Part shown: in pieces, positions 53,171 to 64,000 of the stretch | Layout: the number at the start of each line of letters is the position of its first letter | How positions within the stretch are numbered: position 1 is the stretch's first letter | From: Rhynchopus sp. YZ270_cl-10 | Lineage: Eukaryota | NCBI GenBank assembly: GCA_964035575.1 | Contig: OZ037847.1 | Location: 248,001-312,000, forward strand | Length of the DNA stretch: 64,000 nt | Reading direction: 5' to 3' | Translations under genes and position numbers: made by a program | Notes under the pieces: generated by a model | Told to the model about the DNA's origin: nothing | Databases searched by the model: none | What the model saw: the letters and a program-made list of their open reading frames with translations, nothing else

Positions 53171-54345
53171 GAAAGAGAAAAGAAAAGAAATGAAACGGCT
53201 CTGGGAGAGAAACCGCAAAAAGCCTAACTGAGCATTGAAACTAAAGACAGAACTTAAAAAGACGCAAAGAAGAAGAACAAATTGGGTTGAACCTAATCCT
53301 TGCTTCAAAAAGGATTGAGGGGGGGTTTTTTTTAAATAGTCTGCATGGTGGTGTGTTAAAAACACTGTGGTATTTAAAAAAAAGGTTGCTTTAAAATGCA
53401 AAGTCCTCTCATGACAGGGTACCTTTGGTACAATGACCGTCACAAAAAAAAAACAGGGTATTAGGGTGGTTAAAAAAACTGGTTTTGAAAACCAGTTTTT
53501 CCAAAAACTGGTTTTCAAAAAAAAAAAAAAAAACAGAGAAATCTGGAGGGAAAAAAAAAACCGACACTTTTCACCAGGCCTTTCTGTAAATGTCGTCCCC
53601 AGATTAGGGCGGACTCGATTTTTTTCCCCGCATTTTTTCCCCGCCTGGTAGAACCGTGGTTGAACCACGGGAGTGCCTTTGAGAAATGGATGTTCCTTGA
53701 TTTTTTTTTGCCTGCGGCGCCATTTTTCATTTTTTGCTCCGCAAAAAGGGTTCGTTGAGTGGCTCTGTGGTGTAAAAAGCTAGATTTTACACCGTACCCT
53801 CAAAAATTTTCGCCTGCGGCGCCATTTTATACAGTCCCTATGTTCCCAATGTCTACCCTGGGTCAGCAGCGCCGAAAAATATTTTGAGCAAAAAACAAGC
53901 TGACCTCCCCAACTTGAAATCTGGATTCCTGGATAAGACACTGACCCCACCCCCGAAAACCCCGAAAAAGGTGACTGTGTCCGTCAACGGTGGAGATTTT
54001 CGCCGGAAACACTAGTTTTCGCCACCCAGGAGAGAAAACCAGAAAAACCAGTTTTTTCCGGAATTTTGGATTTTCACCCTAATCACGGCATCCATAAGCC
54101 CTTACCAGGACCCACCCTCCGGAGGTAAAAATACCACCTCCCACCTCTTACATTAAGCCCTTAATTTTAAGGCACTCTAAAATTAAGGGCTTAATTTAAG
54201 GGCTTAGTTTCTTACTAAGGGCTTACTAAGGGCTTAGTAAGAAATTAAGGGCTTAATTTAAGGGCTTAAAAAGAGCTTACCAAGAGTGTACTAAGATCAT
54301 TAGGGGTACTTTTGGACCTCAGCAAATTAAAATGCGATAATTGTG

Positions 54346-54912
54346 AGTATACACAGTATACACAGTATACACAGTATACACAGTATACACAGTATACACA
54401 GTATACACAGTATACACAGTATACACAGTATACACAGTATACACAGTATACACAGTATACACAGTATACACAGTATACACAGTATACACAGTATACACAG
54501 TATACACAGTATACACAGTATACACAGTATACACAGTATACACAGTATACACAGTATACACAGTATACACAGTATACACAGTATACACAGTATACACAGT
54601 ATACACAGTATACACAGTATACACAGTATACACAGTATACACAGTATACACAGTATACACAGTATACACAGTATACACAGTATACACAGTATACACAGTA
54701 TACACAGTATACACAGTATACACAGTATACACAGTATACACAGTATACACAGTATACACAGTATACACAGTATACACAGTATACACAGTATACACAGTAT
54801 ACACAGTATACACAGTATACACAGTATACACAGTATACACAGTATACACAGTATACACAGTATACACAGTATACACAGTATACACAGTATACACAGTATA
54901 CACAGTATACAC
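54346..54912. repeat. Perfect satellite (AGTATACAC)63
   Basis: 567 bp / 9; no variant unit seen. Confidence 0.98.
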
Positions 54913-54923
54913 AGGGGATTGGG

Positions 54924-55318
54924 AGTACAGTACAGTACAGTACAGTACAGTACAGTACAGTACAGTACAGTACAGTACAGTACAGTACAGTACAGTACAG
55001 TACAGTACAGTACAGTACAGTACAGTACAGTACAGTACAGTACAGTACAGTACAGTACAGTACAGTACAGTACAGTACAGTACAGTACAGTACAGTACAG
55101 TACAGTACAGTACAGTACAGTACAGTACAGTACAGTACAGTACAGTACAGTACAGTACAGTACAGTACAGTACAGTACAGTACAGTACAGTACAGTACAG
55201 TACAGTACAGTACAGTACAGTACAGTACAGTACAGTACAGTACAGTACAGTACAGTACAGTACAGTACAGTACAGTACAGTACAGTACAGTACAGTACAG
55301 TACAGTACAGTACAGTAC
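54924..55318. repeat. Perfect satellite (AGTAC)79
   Basis: 395 bp / 5; no variant unit seen. Confidence 0.98.
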
Positions 55319-55884
55319 AGCCGCAGGCGGAAACTTTTATATGCCGTGCACTTTTCCAAGTGGTCTGAAGAGTGATCTGACCACATTGTCCCAGTATAAC
55401 ATACACCCAATAAATCCATTGGAGAAGGAATATTTCACGTTTGACCACCACAGAATACAGGTTGCCAGCCACCACTAAAGTACAAAAAACCCCTCAGAGT
55501 TAGCGCCAGTCTAGCGTGGGTCCCACAGAAATGAAGTACAGATGCATTTTGCAACGGGTGTGTGTGCGCCTCAACCGCTTCAAAGCACCCTTGTTTGTAC
55601 CTAAAAATGACAACGTATCCTGTACCTAAGTGCAGTAAAGCCTTCCTTGCGTCCTCCTTCGTGGTTTTGGGTGTTCGCATGCGAGAATCATTATCGCATT
55701 CTCGCCTGTAATTCTCGCATCACGGAGGATTTAGCGTTACGTGACCACGGAGAATCGTGCGAGAATTGTGTAAGAATTTTTCGCCAGACCAAAAATAGTC
55801 CGAGAATGCGACTCGCATCGAGTTTATGACTACATCGGCCAAAATTCTTCCAAAACTCGCCCAAATTCAGATCCTGTGTGTATC

Positions 55885-55947
55885 TATTGTAGTGCATCTT
55901 GTCCCCGGGATCCCCGCAGGATCCCGGGGACAAGATGCACTACAATA
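55885..55947. repeat. Perfect 29-bp inverted repeat with 5-nt loop
   Basis: TATTGTAGTGCATCTTGTCCCCGGGATCC-CCGCA-GGATCCCGGGGACAAGATGCACTACAATA. Confidence 0.95.
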
Positions 55948-56452
55948 TGGAGGACCACAAAGGCATGGGTAGAGGCTTGATTCGCTGTACAACAACGTAC
56001 TCGCCATGCCGGTTAATAGTATACCTGCAGGCAAATCAAATTTCACTCATATTTTCGCAGGTGCACTTTTCCCAAGGTAAAATCCCTACCAAAAAAAAAA
56101 AAAACTCGCCCTCCAAAAATGGGCGAGTTTTTTCTACTCGCCCGCACAGTATGCCTAGGGTAAGTGCACTCTTGGTAAGCTCTTTTTAAGCCCTTAAATT
56201 AAGCCCTTAATTTCTTACTAAGCCCTTAGTAAGCTCTTAGTAAGAAACTAAGCCCTTAAATTAAGCCCTTAATTTTAGCTGATCCCAAAAATAAGGGCTT
56301 AAAAAGTTAAGAGGTGGAGCTCAAATCCCTTAGTAAGGGCTTATGGATGCCGTGCCTAATACCCTGAAAAAAAATGAAGAGAAAAAAAAAAAAAAAAAAA
56401 AAAAAGGATAATCAGAAGCGTCGCTTTGCATAATAAAAAAGGACGCAATATA

Positions 56453-57795
56453 CATAGCGCTCCAATTAGAGTGTTAGGGTATAATTAGAGTCTGGGATTT
56501 TGGGTCAAGTCAGTTAGAGTCCAGTTAGAGTATAATTAGAGTCGCTTTTCTTCAATTAGACTATAATTAGAGCGCAGTTAGAGCATAATTAGACTCTAAC
56601 TACACTCTAATTATAGTCTAATTAGAGTAAAACAACAGGCTTCTTGTAGGTAAACGCCTTAAGGAACTGGTTCCCCTAAGGTTCCTCTGTAGGACCCAGG
56701 TGTCCAGGTGCCCACATAGCTGAGAATAAGACTTGGGGACCCGGGACCCGGTTATTCTCAGCCGGACTGGGACACAACTATGTGAAGGCGCTGTGGGTCC
56801 GCCTGAAAGCGGGTCGGGGACCCGGTCGCGGGAGGGTGGGGGCCTAGTCCAAGTCCTACTGTACCTAGTACCCGGGACTCGGGACCCGGCTTATTCTCAG
56901 CTATGGGTACCCGGACCCGCAGTGGCACATGCCCTCAAGTGTGAGTGACCCACACATGAGGGAATGCGACACCGCAAAAACTCTTCGTGCACCTTCGGGT
57001 GCAATGCCGCAGACAGGCCAAACAGCGTTGGACTCAGAGGAATTCCTGCTGTGCAGGTAACAAACATGAGAACCAACTCCCAGTAACAAGGGGCGCCTTT
57101 TGGCGGGCGTTATTGAGGATGTTTGGGGTGCAAAGTTTTCCACAATTTTGATGCGCGGGTACAGAAGTGTTGTCTTGTTCTTTCATCTCTAGGAATGTAA
57201 ATGTCAATCGAGTTTAACTACCACTAAGGGGTCGAAGGGGATAATCCCAGTATCAAAGGTTGTGTCGACGGGAAATCTATGAGTATACGTTCATTTCATC
57301 CGCAGAAATAACTACTTATGAACCCAGGAGAGATCCAAGCCTCGCGCTAAACCACCACCCGCGATTGACTTAGATGTTATAACAAAGAGAATTCATAACA
57401 AACAACACCCTACCCCATGCACACTAAAGTGCCATGCTTCAAGTGATCATGCCCTGGGCCAAAATTCCTGTGCTAAAAAGGCAACAAGACCAGTGTGAAT
57501 TGTGCACTGGTTTTCTGGGGGAACAAACAATATTTTCTTGTATCTAGTCCTCTGCAAGCAGAAAACAGACGTTCTGGATTACAAAATCGAATTTCTTGCA
57601 CTGGCTATGCTCCCTGGGTTTATGGCTATAGCATTGGTTGATGTGCCCCTCTTATTGACCCTATTATAAGACTCTAATTAGAGTCTAATTAGAGTCCAGT
57701 TAGAGTATTAGAGTTCAGTTAGAGTTTTAAAGACTCTAATTATACTCTAACTGCCGACTCTAATTATCTAGTTGGAGTCTAATTAGAGCGCTATG
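56453..57795. mobile_element. TIR element with TAATTAGAG subterminal repeats, TA-flanked
   Basis: TATA-CATAGCGCTC...GAGCGCTATG-TATA; TTAGAG/CTCTAA arrays at ~56460-56630 and ~57660-57790. Confidence 0.85.
56715..56905. mobile_element. hAT-like MITE nested in the previous element
   Basis: TIR CATAGCTGAGAATAAG / CTTATTCTCAGCTATG; flanks GGTGCCCA / GGTACCCG. Confidence 0.85.
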
Positions 57796-59617
57796 TATAA
57801 CGCAAACAACAGAAAGGTTCGTTCAAAGGCACTGCTGCTTTTGAGGGGTATTTTAAAGAGGTTGTTTTAAAATCGGGAAGCCCCCCAAGTGGGGAAGTTT
57901 TTTTTTTTTTGCGTTCTGAACCAAAAGGGGCCACGGTCGCATGTCAAGCAGATTCTAGGGGATAATATACGTCTCGTCCATTGTTTATTGTTTGTGTGTT
58001 CCGGGGTATCGGAAAATACAACAATTTTCATTTCAGTTCTCTTCACAAAAATATGTCCAAAAAAACTATGTTGTGAAGAGTTGTGAAGATGTGTGAATGT
58101 ACCATACCCCAGAACACACCAGTTTGGAAGCATGAGAGACGTATAGTACTACCAGATATGTTTGGTGTCCAAAAAAAGCCGCCAAAACGGCCCTCAAAAA
58201 TCCTCAATTCCTCCTTAATTTGGACGCCAATTCATTTGTAAGTACTGTATCGCCATGGCTAGGGAGAGCTCGCAATTATCAAAAAGAGAGAGAGAGAGAG
58301 AGAGGTAAGATGGACATATGAACAGAGGCCTCGGCACTGCTCAGCCACCGTTAGGAGGGATCATGTACACGCACACAAAAAGCAACAAATAACGTATCAC
58401 ACACAAAAAAAGAGAAGGAAAAAGAAAGAAGAGAAAAAAAAAAAACAAACTCCAAAGAGATAGATGTTCCGCGCTTACTAAAAGTAAGGTTGGTAAGACC
58501 TCAGCATATGCTTGGGTCACCTTAGATGAAAAAGAAAAAAAAGTGAAGTTGATAGTGCAAAAAAAAAAGAAAACACATTTTCACCAAATTTCCCGACACT
58601 CAATTGACTAGGACTGGCAAGGATATCCTCTCAATTGGTGTGATCACATCGTTAGGAGGGGGTTTTCCCCTCCTCGATGTGGGAAAATAAAAAAAGAAAA
58701 AGAAAAATGAACTTAAACCTCACAATCGTTATCAGGCTGTGTGGAATTCCGCAAATTTGTTGGGGATGATGTCAAATCCAGCCGGAGTTCGTAATTTTGG
58801 CACGTACTACGTAGTGTTCGAACATGAGCATGGTGTGACACGGGGTGCGTGAAGATTGAGCGACGGTAATAGCCTACAAGTCCGTGCGCCAATGGACCGG
58901 AGCCCCGTGAGGAGATGGCAGATGCGGGAACTGGGTTCTGGATCAAAAAAGCGTGCAGACACCTCTGGGGTATAGGCACGTGGGAGGGGAACATAAAGAA
59001 AGCCTTGGGAGTACAACAAACGCGAAGCACAACACCTGCTTTTGAGCTCTGTAGAGAGATGTGGCACTGTGAAGTTTCAAACCCACGTTTGTGTGATGTG
59101 ATGTGGCATACGACAGGCAAGGGAGAACAGTGTCGCTGTACGCTATGTGCGCCAGCAACATCGGCACACCCCTAGCCTGCATGCCTAGCACGCAAGAGAA
59201 CAATAGAGAAGGGGTGAATGCCTCACTGTGCACACCACAGTAAGATGAACACGCCGCTCACGTCAATCCACCTTATCAAAGAGAGAGAGAGAGAGAGAGA
59301 GAGAACTAAAGAAACCTTCAAGAAGAAGGATGTCCCTCTCGTGCACACACATAATGGGGGGAAAAAACAAAAACTCGAAAGATGGATAACCACAAAAGAG
59401 CATCCACCCTTCAAAGAACGACTTCAAAATGATGGCACAAAAAAGGGGAAGAGGTTGTGGAAATGAACAAACCTAAGTAATGATGATGAATTGTAAAAAA
59501 GAAAAGGGCATTAAAAAAAGCAGCCGTGAAGTGTGGAACAACAGTTGATTAGACATTTGTTTTGTTTCAACTGTTTCGTTTTAGTTTTTTTTCCCGTACC
59601 TATTGCAAAAAAAAAAA

Positions 59618-59668
59618 GAGAAGTTGAAAGTGCAAACGCCACGTTCATGGACGCAGGCACTGCTTCTC
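59618..59668. repeat. Family D hairpin element
   Basis: GAGAAGTTGAAAGTGCAAACGCC-ACGTTCAT-GGACGCAGGCACTGCTTCTC. Confidence 0.85.
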
Positions 59669-60442
59669 AAAGAAAAAAAGACACACTGAATGTGGATAAA
59701 CAAAATAACAAAACGAGACATGGGACGCTGGGTCCGCTCATCTCGCTGAATCATAACGATCCCATCTTTTTTTAAACAGTGCAGGCGCAAGACTGCCTTT
59801 GTCAATATAGGAGGGTGTTTTCATGTTTTCTTGTTTTTTTGAAAAAAATAATTTACCATTCCTTTTAGGGAACGGAGCATGTACGGTCCTGGAAGCTCCA
59901 AGAAAATGGAGTCGGTAGGATAAAGAAGGAAGTTGCCTTCCTAAAAAAGGGGGGGAGGTGTCGGTCACTCACCTGGTATCATCATCGACATAGCATTGCT
60001 TACCAATGGTACACTCCGATACTGTTGCCCCACAGTAGTAGTTTTTTTCTCTTTTTTGCAATGTTGTTCCGAAAAAATAGTATAGTTTTTTGTGGGATTC
60101 CTAGATATTCATGTTTTCTTTTCACAGGTTTTCGGAAACACTGTGACAATTAAAATAAAAAAAATTGTGATTTGAGAGGGACTTGTTCGCAGATCATTTC
60201 AAGTTAAAATGACCAATACGCACGTTGCAATATGGTATATCCTGTTTGGGTGTATAGACACCCCTGCCAAGAAAAAAAACCATAAAAAGAGTGGGGAAAG
60301 AGAAAAAAAACAAAAAAATATTGGTGCTCCAGGGGGGGCCGATATTGACAGGTCGCTGACAGGTCGTTGACTCATTTCCTATAGCACCAAAAAAGGAAAA
60401 AAATGGGTAAGGTGATACTCAGCCTCACATTGCTCAGCCACC

Positions 60443-60540
60443 CACCTGATTTTGCCTGAAATTTGGTGGAGTTTTGGTGGTATTTAATTAATACCCAAAT
60501 TCCACTAAACTCCACCAAAATTTCAGGCAAAAATCAGGAG
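60443..60540. mobile_element. 98-bp palindromic MITE inserted in a family C element
   Basis: CACCTGATTTTGCCTGAAATTTGGTGGAGTTT / AAACTCCACCAAAATTTCAGGCAAAAATCAGGAG; CCACC duplicated at 60438-60442 and 60541-60545. Confidence 0.8.
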
Positions 60541-61601
60541 CCACCTTTTTAGCTCGCAAACAAAAATTGGGGATGATATAGCTTCGGAAAACGGCGGAGC
60601 TGCCTTTTCGCTTTTCTATTTGGGAAACCATGGGCTACAAGAAGAACAGAATATAACTGAACAAATACAAAACACTGTTGGGCAATGCTCCGCTCTTCGG
60701 AACTACCTACATTTTTTGCTTTTCAAACACAAAAAAAGGGGAAAAAAGCTTCAAGAACAATAGTAAAAAAAGCGCTGTTTCGTACAAAAAAAAAATGCGG
60801 TGACGGCGTATTTAAAATAATTCGAAAGAGAAAACTTGAAAGATGATAATGCATTAGTACATTTCTAGCTTCCAATCTTTCCCACAATCGTGCTTGGAAC
60901 ATGCTGGGGTTGAAACCGAACATAAAACTAAACGAAAAAGCAACACTACCGTCCTTTTTTGTGCATTTTTTTCATGGCCACTCCTTCCCAGAGAGACAAT
61001 ATCCGTTTCTCATATAACCCGAGAGCAACGGCATCAAGGAGCTGAAGAACCTTCTCCACAAATCTGCAGTCTCCTTTCCACAGAAGGGGCCCTCCTGAAG
61101 CTCTCTTCTCTCTCTGAGATGAAACCCCATGAAATATGTACAACGCTACCTAAACTCGCGTATTTAGAACATAAAAAAGGGGGAAATCGGGGGGGGAAAG
61201 AAAAAAATAAGAACAAAAATACAGAAAGATATTCAAAATAAAGATCTCAAAAGTTTGTGTGCTGCTGACGCTTGCTCCCAGGAAAGGGGAGAAGGTTAGC
61301 TATAAGCTATGGCTCGTTTTATGGGCAAATCCAGAGAAGCGACAAAACCTATGTACCTTCAAAAAAAAGGGGCATTATTTGACGCTCCTTGGACACCGTG
61401 TGACAAAAAAAAAAAAAAATGAAGAAAAATGAACGTGCCTCTCAATGCACGTGAAGTGAAAGGTATCAGATGGTAAGCTACCCCTTCTTAAAAATATTGA
61501 TAACCTTGGATTTTGAATTCAAATTGGACGCAGTAAACACACCTATGAAGGGAAGCTTGCAATATGCCTCTTGGGCACATATGGATGGTATAAAAAAATT
61601 A

Positions 61602-61650
61602 GATTCATATACTTTCAGTTCACAGAATTGAAAGTATTTGAGAGGGTCAA
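61602..61650. repeat. Family E hairpin element
   Basis: Near-identical to 49562-49609. Confidence 0.85.
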
Positions 61651-61807
61651 CACATGCACCCTTTCTTTGTTTTTGGTGGTTTTAGATTATATTTTGAACT
61701 CCCTCAAGGGGGAGCTAAAACATAAAAAATAATGACTTGAAATACAGAGCCCTATCTGAATACAGATTTTCCTGCTAAAATGATTCTGAGTTTTTAGACA
61801 AAGCTGC

Positions 61808-64000
61808 TTATATCAGGAGGCATTCGTCTTCGTTGTGCGGGGATGAGCCTGAGACTATACGCGTCCATTCTTCTGTTCGTTCCACCGCTTCGACGGGACG
61901 GTATTTGTTTGGACCGTAAAGGCCACCGAGGAGTCCGCTGCAGTCGCTCAGAACTTCTTGGCTAGTGCAGGTCTCGGACATGAGCAATTTGAGGTGTTCT
62001 TCCTGGGGAAGCGGTTGTTCGGAGGAGCCAAGGAGAAGCTCTGTGTCGACGTGGCAGGGGAGCAGGGTGTCGACGTAGGGAAGCAGGCTGTCCTCCTTCC
62101 CACCCGCTCCGTCGAAACCTTCCTCCAGCGCAACACTGTGGAAGAAGTTGTCCTGCACGTTGCGCCGCCGCTTCGAGACGAACACATACCCCTCATTCGC
62201 AAGATCCACCACCGCCTGCCCCACCAAGAGGTACATCGCGAGGGTCAGCAGGTGGTCCGCAATGCTTTGCAGACTGTCCTCTCCTGTGTATTGGTATATC
62301 CCGGTGCACGCCATGGCGACCATGTGCACGCCAATGAAGATGATGCTGAAGAATGCGTCGCAGTGGCGTGCATACGGGTAGGTGCAGGACTCGCAGAGGA
62401 GCTGCATGAGGAGGACCACAGAGGACGCGATCTTGACGTGTCCACACCCGGCGGAGGTCTCGGGCTGCAGGCTTGCGATGGTGGCTAATGCGAAGCTCGC
62501 GCCAAACTCAATAAGCATGTAGAAGGCGCGGTTGCGCTGGTATCTCCGCAGGGCAGACGCATGGCGCTGCACAAAGAGACGGCTGCGGAACCTGCTGCAC
62601 CACTCCCCTGCACCAAGGAAGAAGCTTGCCACATTGCTCCGTGACCTCGCAGTGACGTACACACCTAGGTCAGGAACGTTGCGTGCGATGGTGTGGTGCA
62701 GCCACAACGGCACCAACGCGCACTGCACAATGCAGAAGACCCCCACCACGACGCCAAACAGATTGGAGAGATCCATGACGAGGTACATCCCGCCCATGAC
62801 AAAGCTTTGGTAGAGCATGCTGAAGAGCGAGAGCGGGATGGACGGGCAGCGGAGCAGGCCCTGCACATCGGTGTTCTGCAGGAAGGACATACGGCGCAGA
62901 CCTGCCGCTGCTGCGATGCCTGCCACAAGAATGCCGACCACCATCGCCTCGCTTGCAACAATCGCCCCGAGGGGCTCACTCCCCAACACCAACAGACCTG
63001 TTGGGTTTAATGTACTGGGATACGACGAATGACACCCTGCACCCACACTCACCAGCCGCATCGCACGCCCTGCGCTCGCCCCTGACGATGCAAGCACACC
63101 AAACGCCACTGCAGTCAACTCCGGTGGTGTTGACGCCCCCACCATCGGCTCCTCCACAGACGCACCCAAAGGGTCCTCTGTTATCACCGAGGTGTTGTCC
63201 GTTGCCGGTTCTGTGCTAGTCACTGTAGGGGTAGGGGTGTCCTGAATCGGTGTTGCCGTTGGTAAAGCGGTCGGCACTGCAGTCGGGGAAGCTGTAGGAG
63301 AAGCGGTGGGTGACGCAGTAGGGGTTGCAGTAGGGGGTGATGTGGGCTGTGCTGTGGGTGGTGCTGTGGCAGGTGGTTCTGTCGGCACCGCTGTGCTTGG
63401 AAGAGGAGTGGGTGGGGCTGGGGTTGGCGGTGATGGGGTGGGTGGTGCTGCTGTTGCCTGAGGAATCTTCCAGACGACGTTCTCCTGCCACGACTGTGCG
63501 CCCGTCACAACGGTTGCGCCAAATGTGGATTCACCCGACGGACGGTTCACCACCCCAATCCGCAGCTCCATTCGGTCGTGCAAATGAACTGTCGCCACCC
63601 CCCAGCCATCCCAGCTCACCGCAGATATCTCAAAGCTCACTACATCACTTGCCTCGAATTTGCAGTTTTGCATGTAAACATTCACAACAGAAGTCACCTT
63701 CGGGACAATATCATTGCAGTACGCACCCTTAGAGTCCCTGAGGGTCACCTCATACGTCTCTGAACTGACCTTCTCCGTTGTGATCGTCACTGCAATGGGG
63801 TTTTTGCGGTACCATTCGGTGCTCTCACGCTCTTTCACGGTGCAGAAGGGGATGCAGTAGTCCTTCTCCACCCAGTGGTATGCTTGGTACCCTGAGGAAC
63901 GCACGAAGAGCTGCACCCATGTACCCCGCCAGGCACCGGCAATCCATATGTTCTCGTACATCTCAAGGTACATGACGTACCACGCGTCTGTACCCTGCGC
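61808..64000 (-). CDS. Multi-pass membrane protein with extracellular domain and Pro/Thr-rich stalk (5' end outside window)
   Basis: Frame stays open past 63973 to the window edge; TAAPPTPSPPTPAPPTP..PTASPT stalk, then about 7-8 hydrophobic segments. Confidence 0.85.
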   Translation of the reverse strand, partial: AQGTDAWYVMYLEMYENIWIAGAWRGTWVQLFVRSSGYQAYHWVEKDYCIPFCTVKERESTEWYRKNPIAVTITTEKVSSETYEVTLRDSKGAYCNDIVPKVTSVVNVYMQNCKFEASDVVSFEISAVSWDGWGVATVHLHDRMELRIGVVNRPSGESTFGATVVTGAQSWQENVVWKIPQATAAPPTPSPPTPAPPTPLPSTAVPTEPPATAPPTAQPTSPPTATPTASPTASPTASPTAVPTALPTATPIQDTPTPTVTSTEPATDNTSVITEDPLGASVEEPMVGASTPPELTAVAFGVLASSGASAGRAMRLVSVGAGCHSSYPSTLNPTGLLVLGSEPLGAIVASEAMVVGILVAGIAAAAGLRRMSFLQNTDVQGLLRCPSIPLSLFSMLYQSFVMGGMYLVMDLSNLFGVVVGVFCIVQCALVPLWLHHTIARNVPDLGVYVTARSRSNVASFFLGAGEWCSRFRSRLFVQRHASALRRYQRNRAFYMLIEFGASFALATIASLQPETSAGCGHVKIASSVVLLMQLLCESCTYPYARHCDAFFSIIFIGVHMVAMACTGIYQYTGEDSLQSIADHLLTLAMYLLVGQAVVDLANEGYVFVSKRRRNVQDNFFHSVALEEGFDGAGGKEDSLLPYVDTLLPCHVDTELLLGSSEQPLPQEEHLKLLMSETCTSQEVLSDCSGLLGGLYGPNKYRPVEAVERTEEWTRIVSGSSPHNEDECLLI

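Larger units (their letters stand above)
54084..56354. mobile_element. CAC..GTG TIR element inserted in the right TIR of the outer element
   Basis: CACGGCATCCATAAGCCCTTAC / GTAAGGGCTTATGGATGCCGTG; CCTAAT duplicated; ~200-bp arms of TAAGGGCTTA repeats. Confidence 0.9.
53454..56366. mobile_element. hAT-like non-autonomous element (outer of a nest)
   Basis: TIR CAGGGTATTAGG / CCTAATACCCTG; A8 on both sides; AAAACTGG/CCAGTTTT subterminal repeats; internal similarity to 7262-7400. Confidence 0.85.

Noticed and set aside
54160..54270. TTAAGGG arrays as interstitial telomere
   Set aside because: The unit is TAAGGGCTTA, mirrored at ~56185-56345 as subterminal repeats of a TIR element.
54312..55478. 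ORFs of 340-390 aa (YTQ/SIH/VYT/CIL repeats)
   Set aside because: They are stop-free translations of the two satellites, open in several frames on both strands.
58713..59233. GC-balanced island with 80-135 aa ORFs
   Set aside because: No motif or consistent frame; probably a decayed repeat.

Overview
Eukaryotic genomic DNA, most likely from a euglenozoan (diplonemid-like) protist; this assignment is inference. All 12 credible protein genes lie on the minus strand, consistent with a polycistronic, trans-spliced cluster. Introns are short GTATG..AG, and the spacers are AT-rich and full of homopolymers. The genes are: an SMP-30/gluconolactonase-like propeller (partial, missing from the ORF track), a multi-pass membrane protein in frame with an SRPK-type kinase, a CCCH+RRM RNA-binding protein, two tandem CocE/NonD hydrolases, a 5088-aa intronless surface protein with DOMON-like domains, an AlaX/AARSD1 editing protein, an NDUFB7-like twin-CX9C protein, two tandem secreted EGF + GH43-like propeller proteins, a Ubl-WD40-CaaX protein and a Pro/Thr-stalk multi-TM protein (partial). 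The spacers hold many non-autonomous DNA transposons with readable TIRs/TSDs, several of them nested, plus two perfect satellites. The most unusual signal is five dispersed families of tiny (about 45-120 bp) hairpin elements. Four share one architecture and almost all copies have the same orientation. One family shows clear structure-over-sequence conservation and a cUUCGg loop on the transcribed strand. All calls come from reading the sequence; no searches were run.
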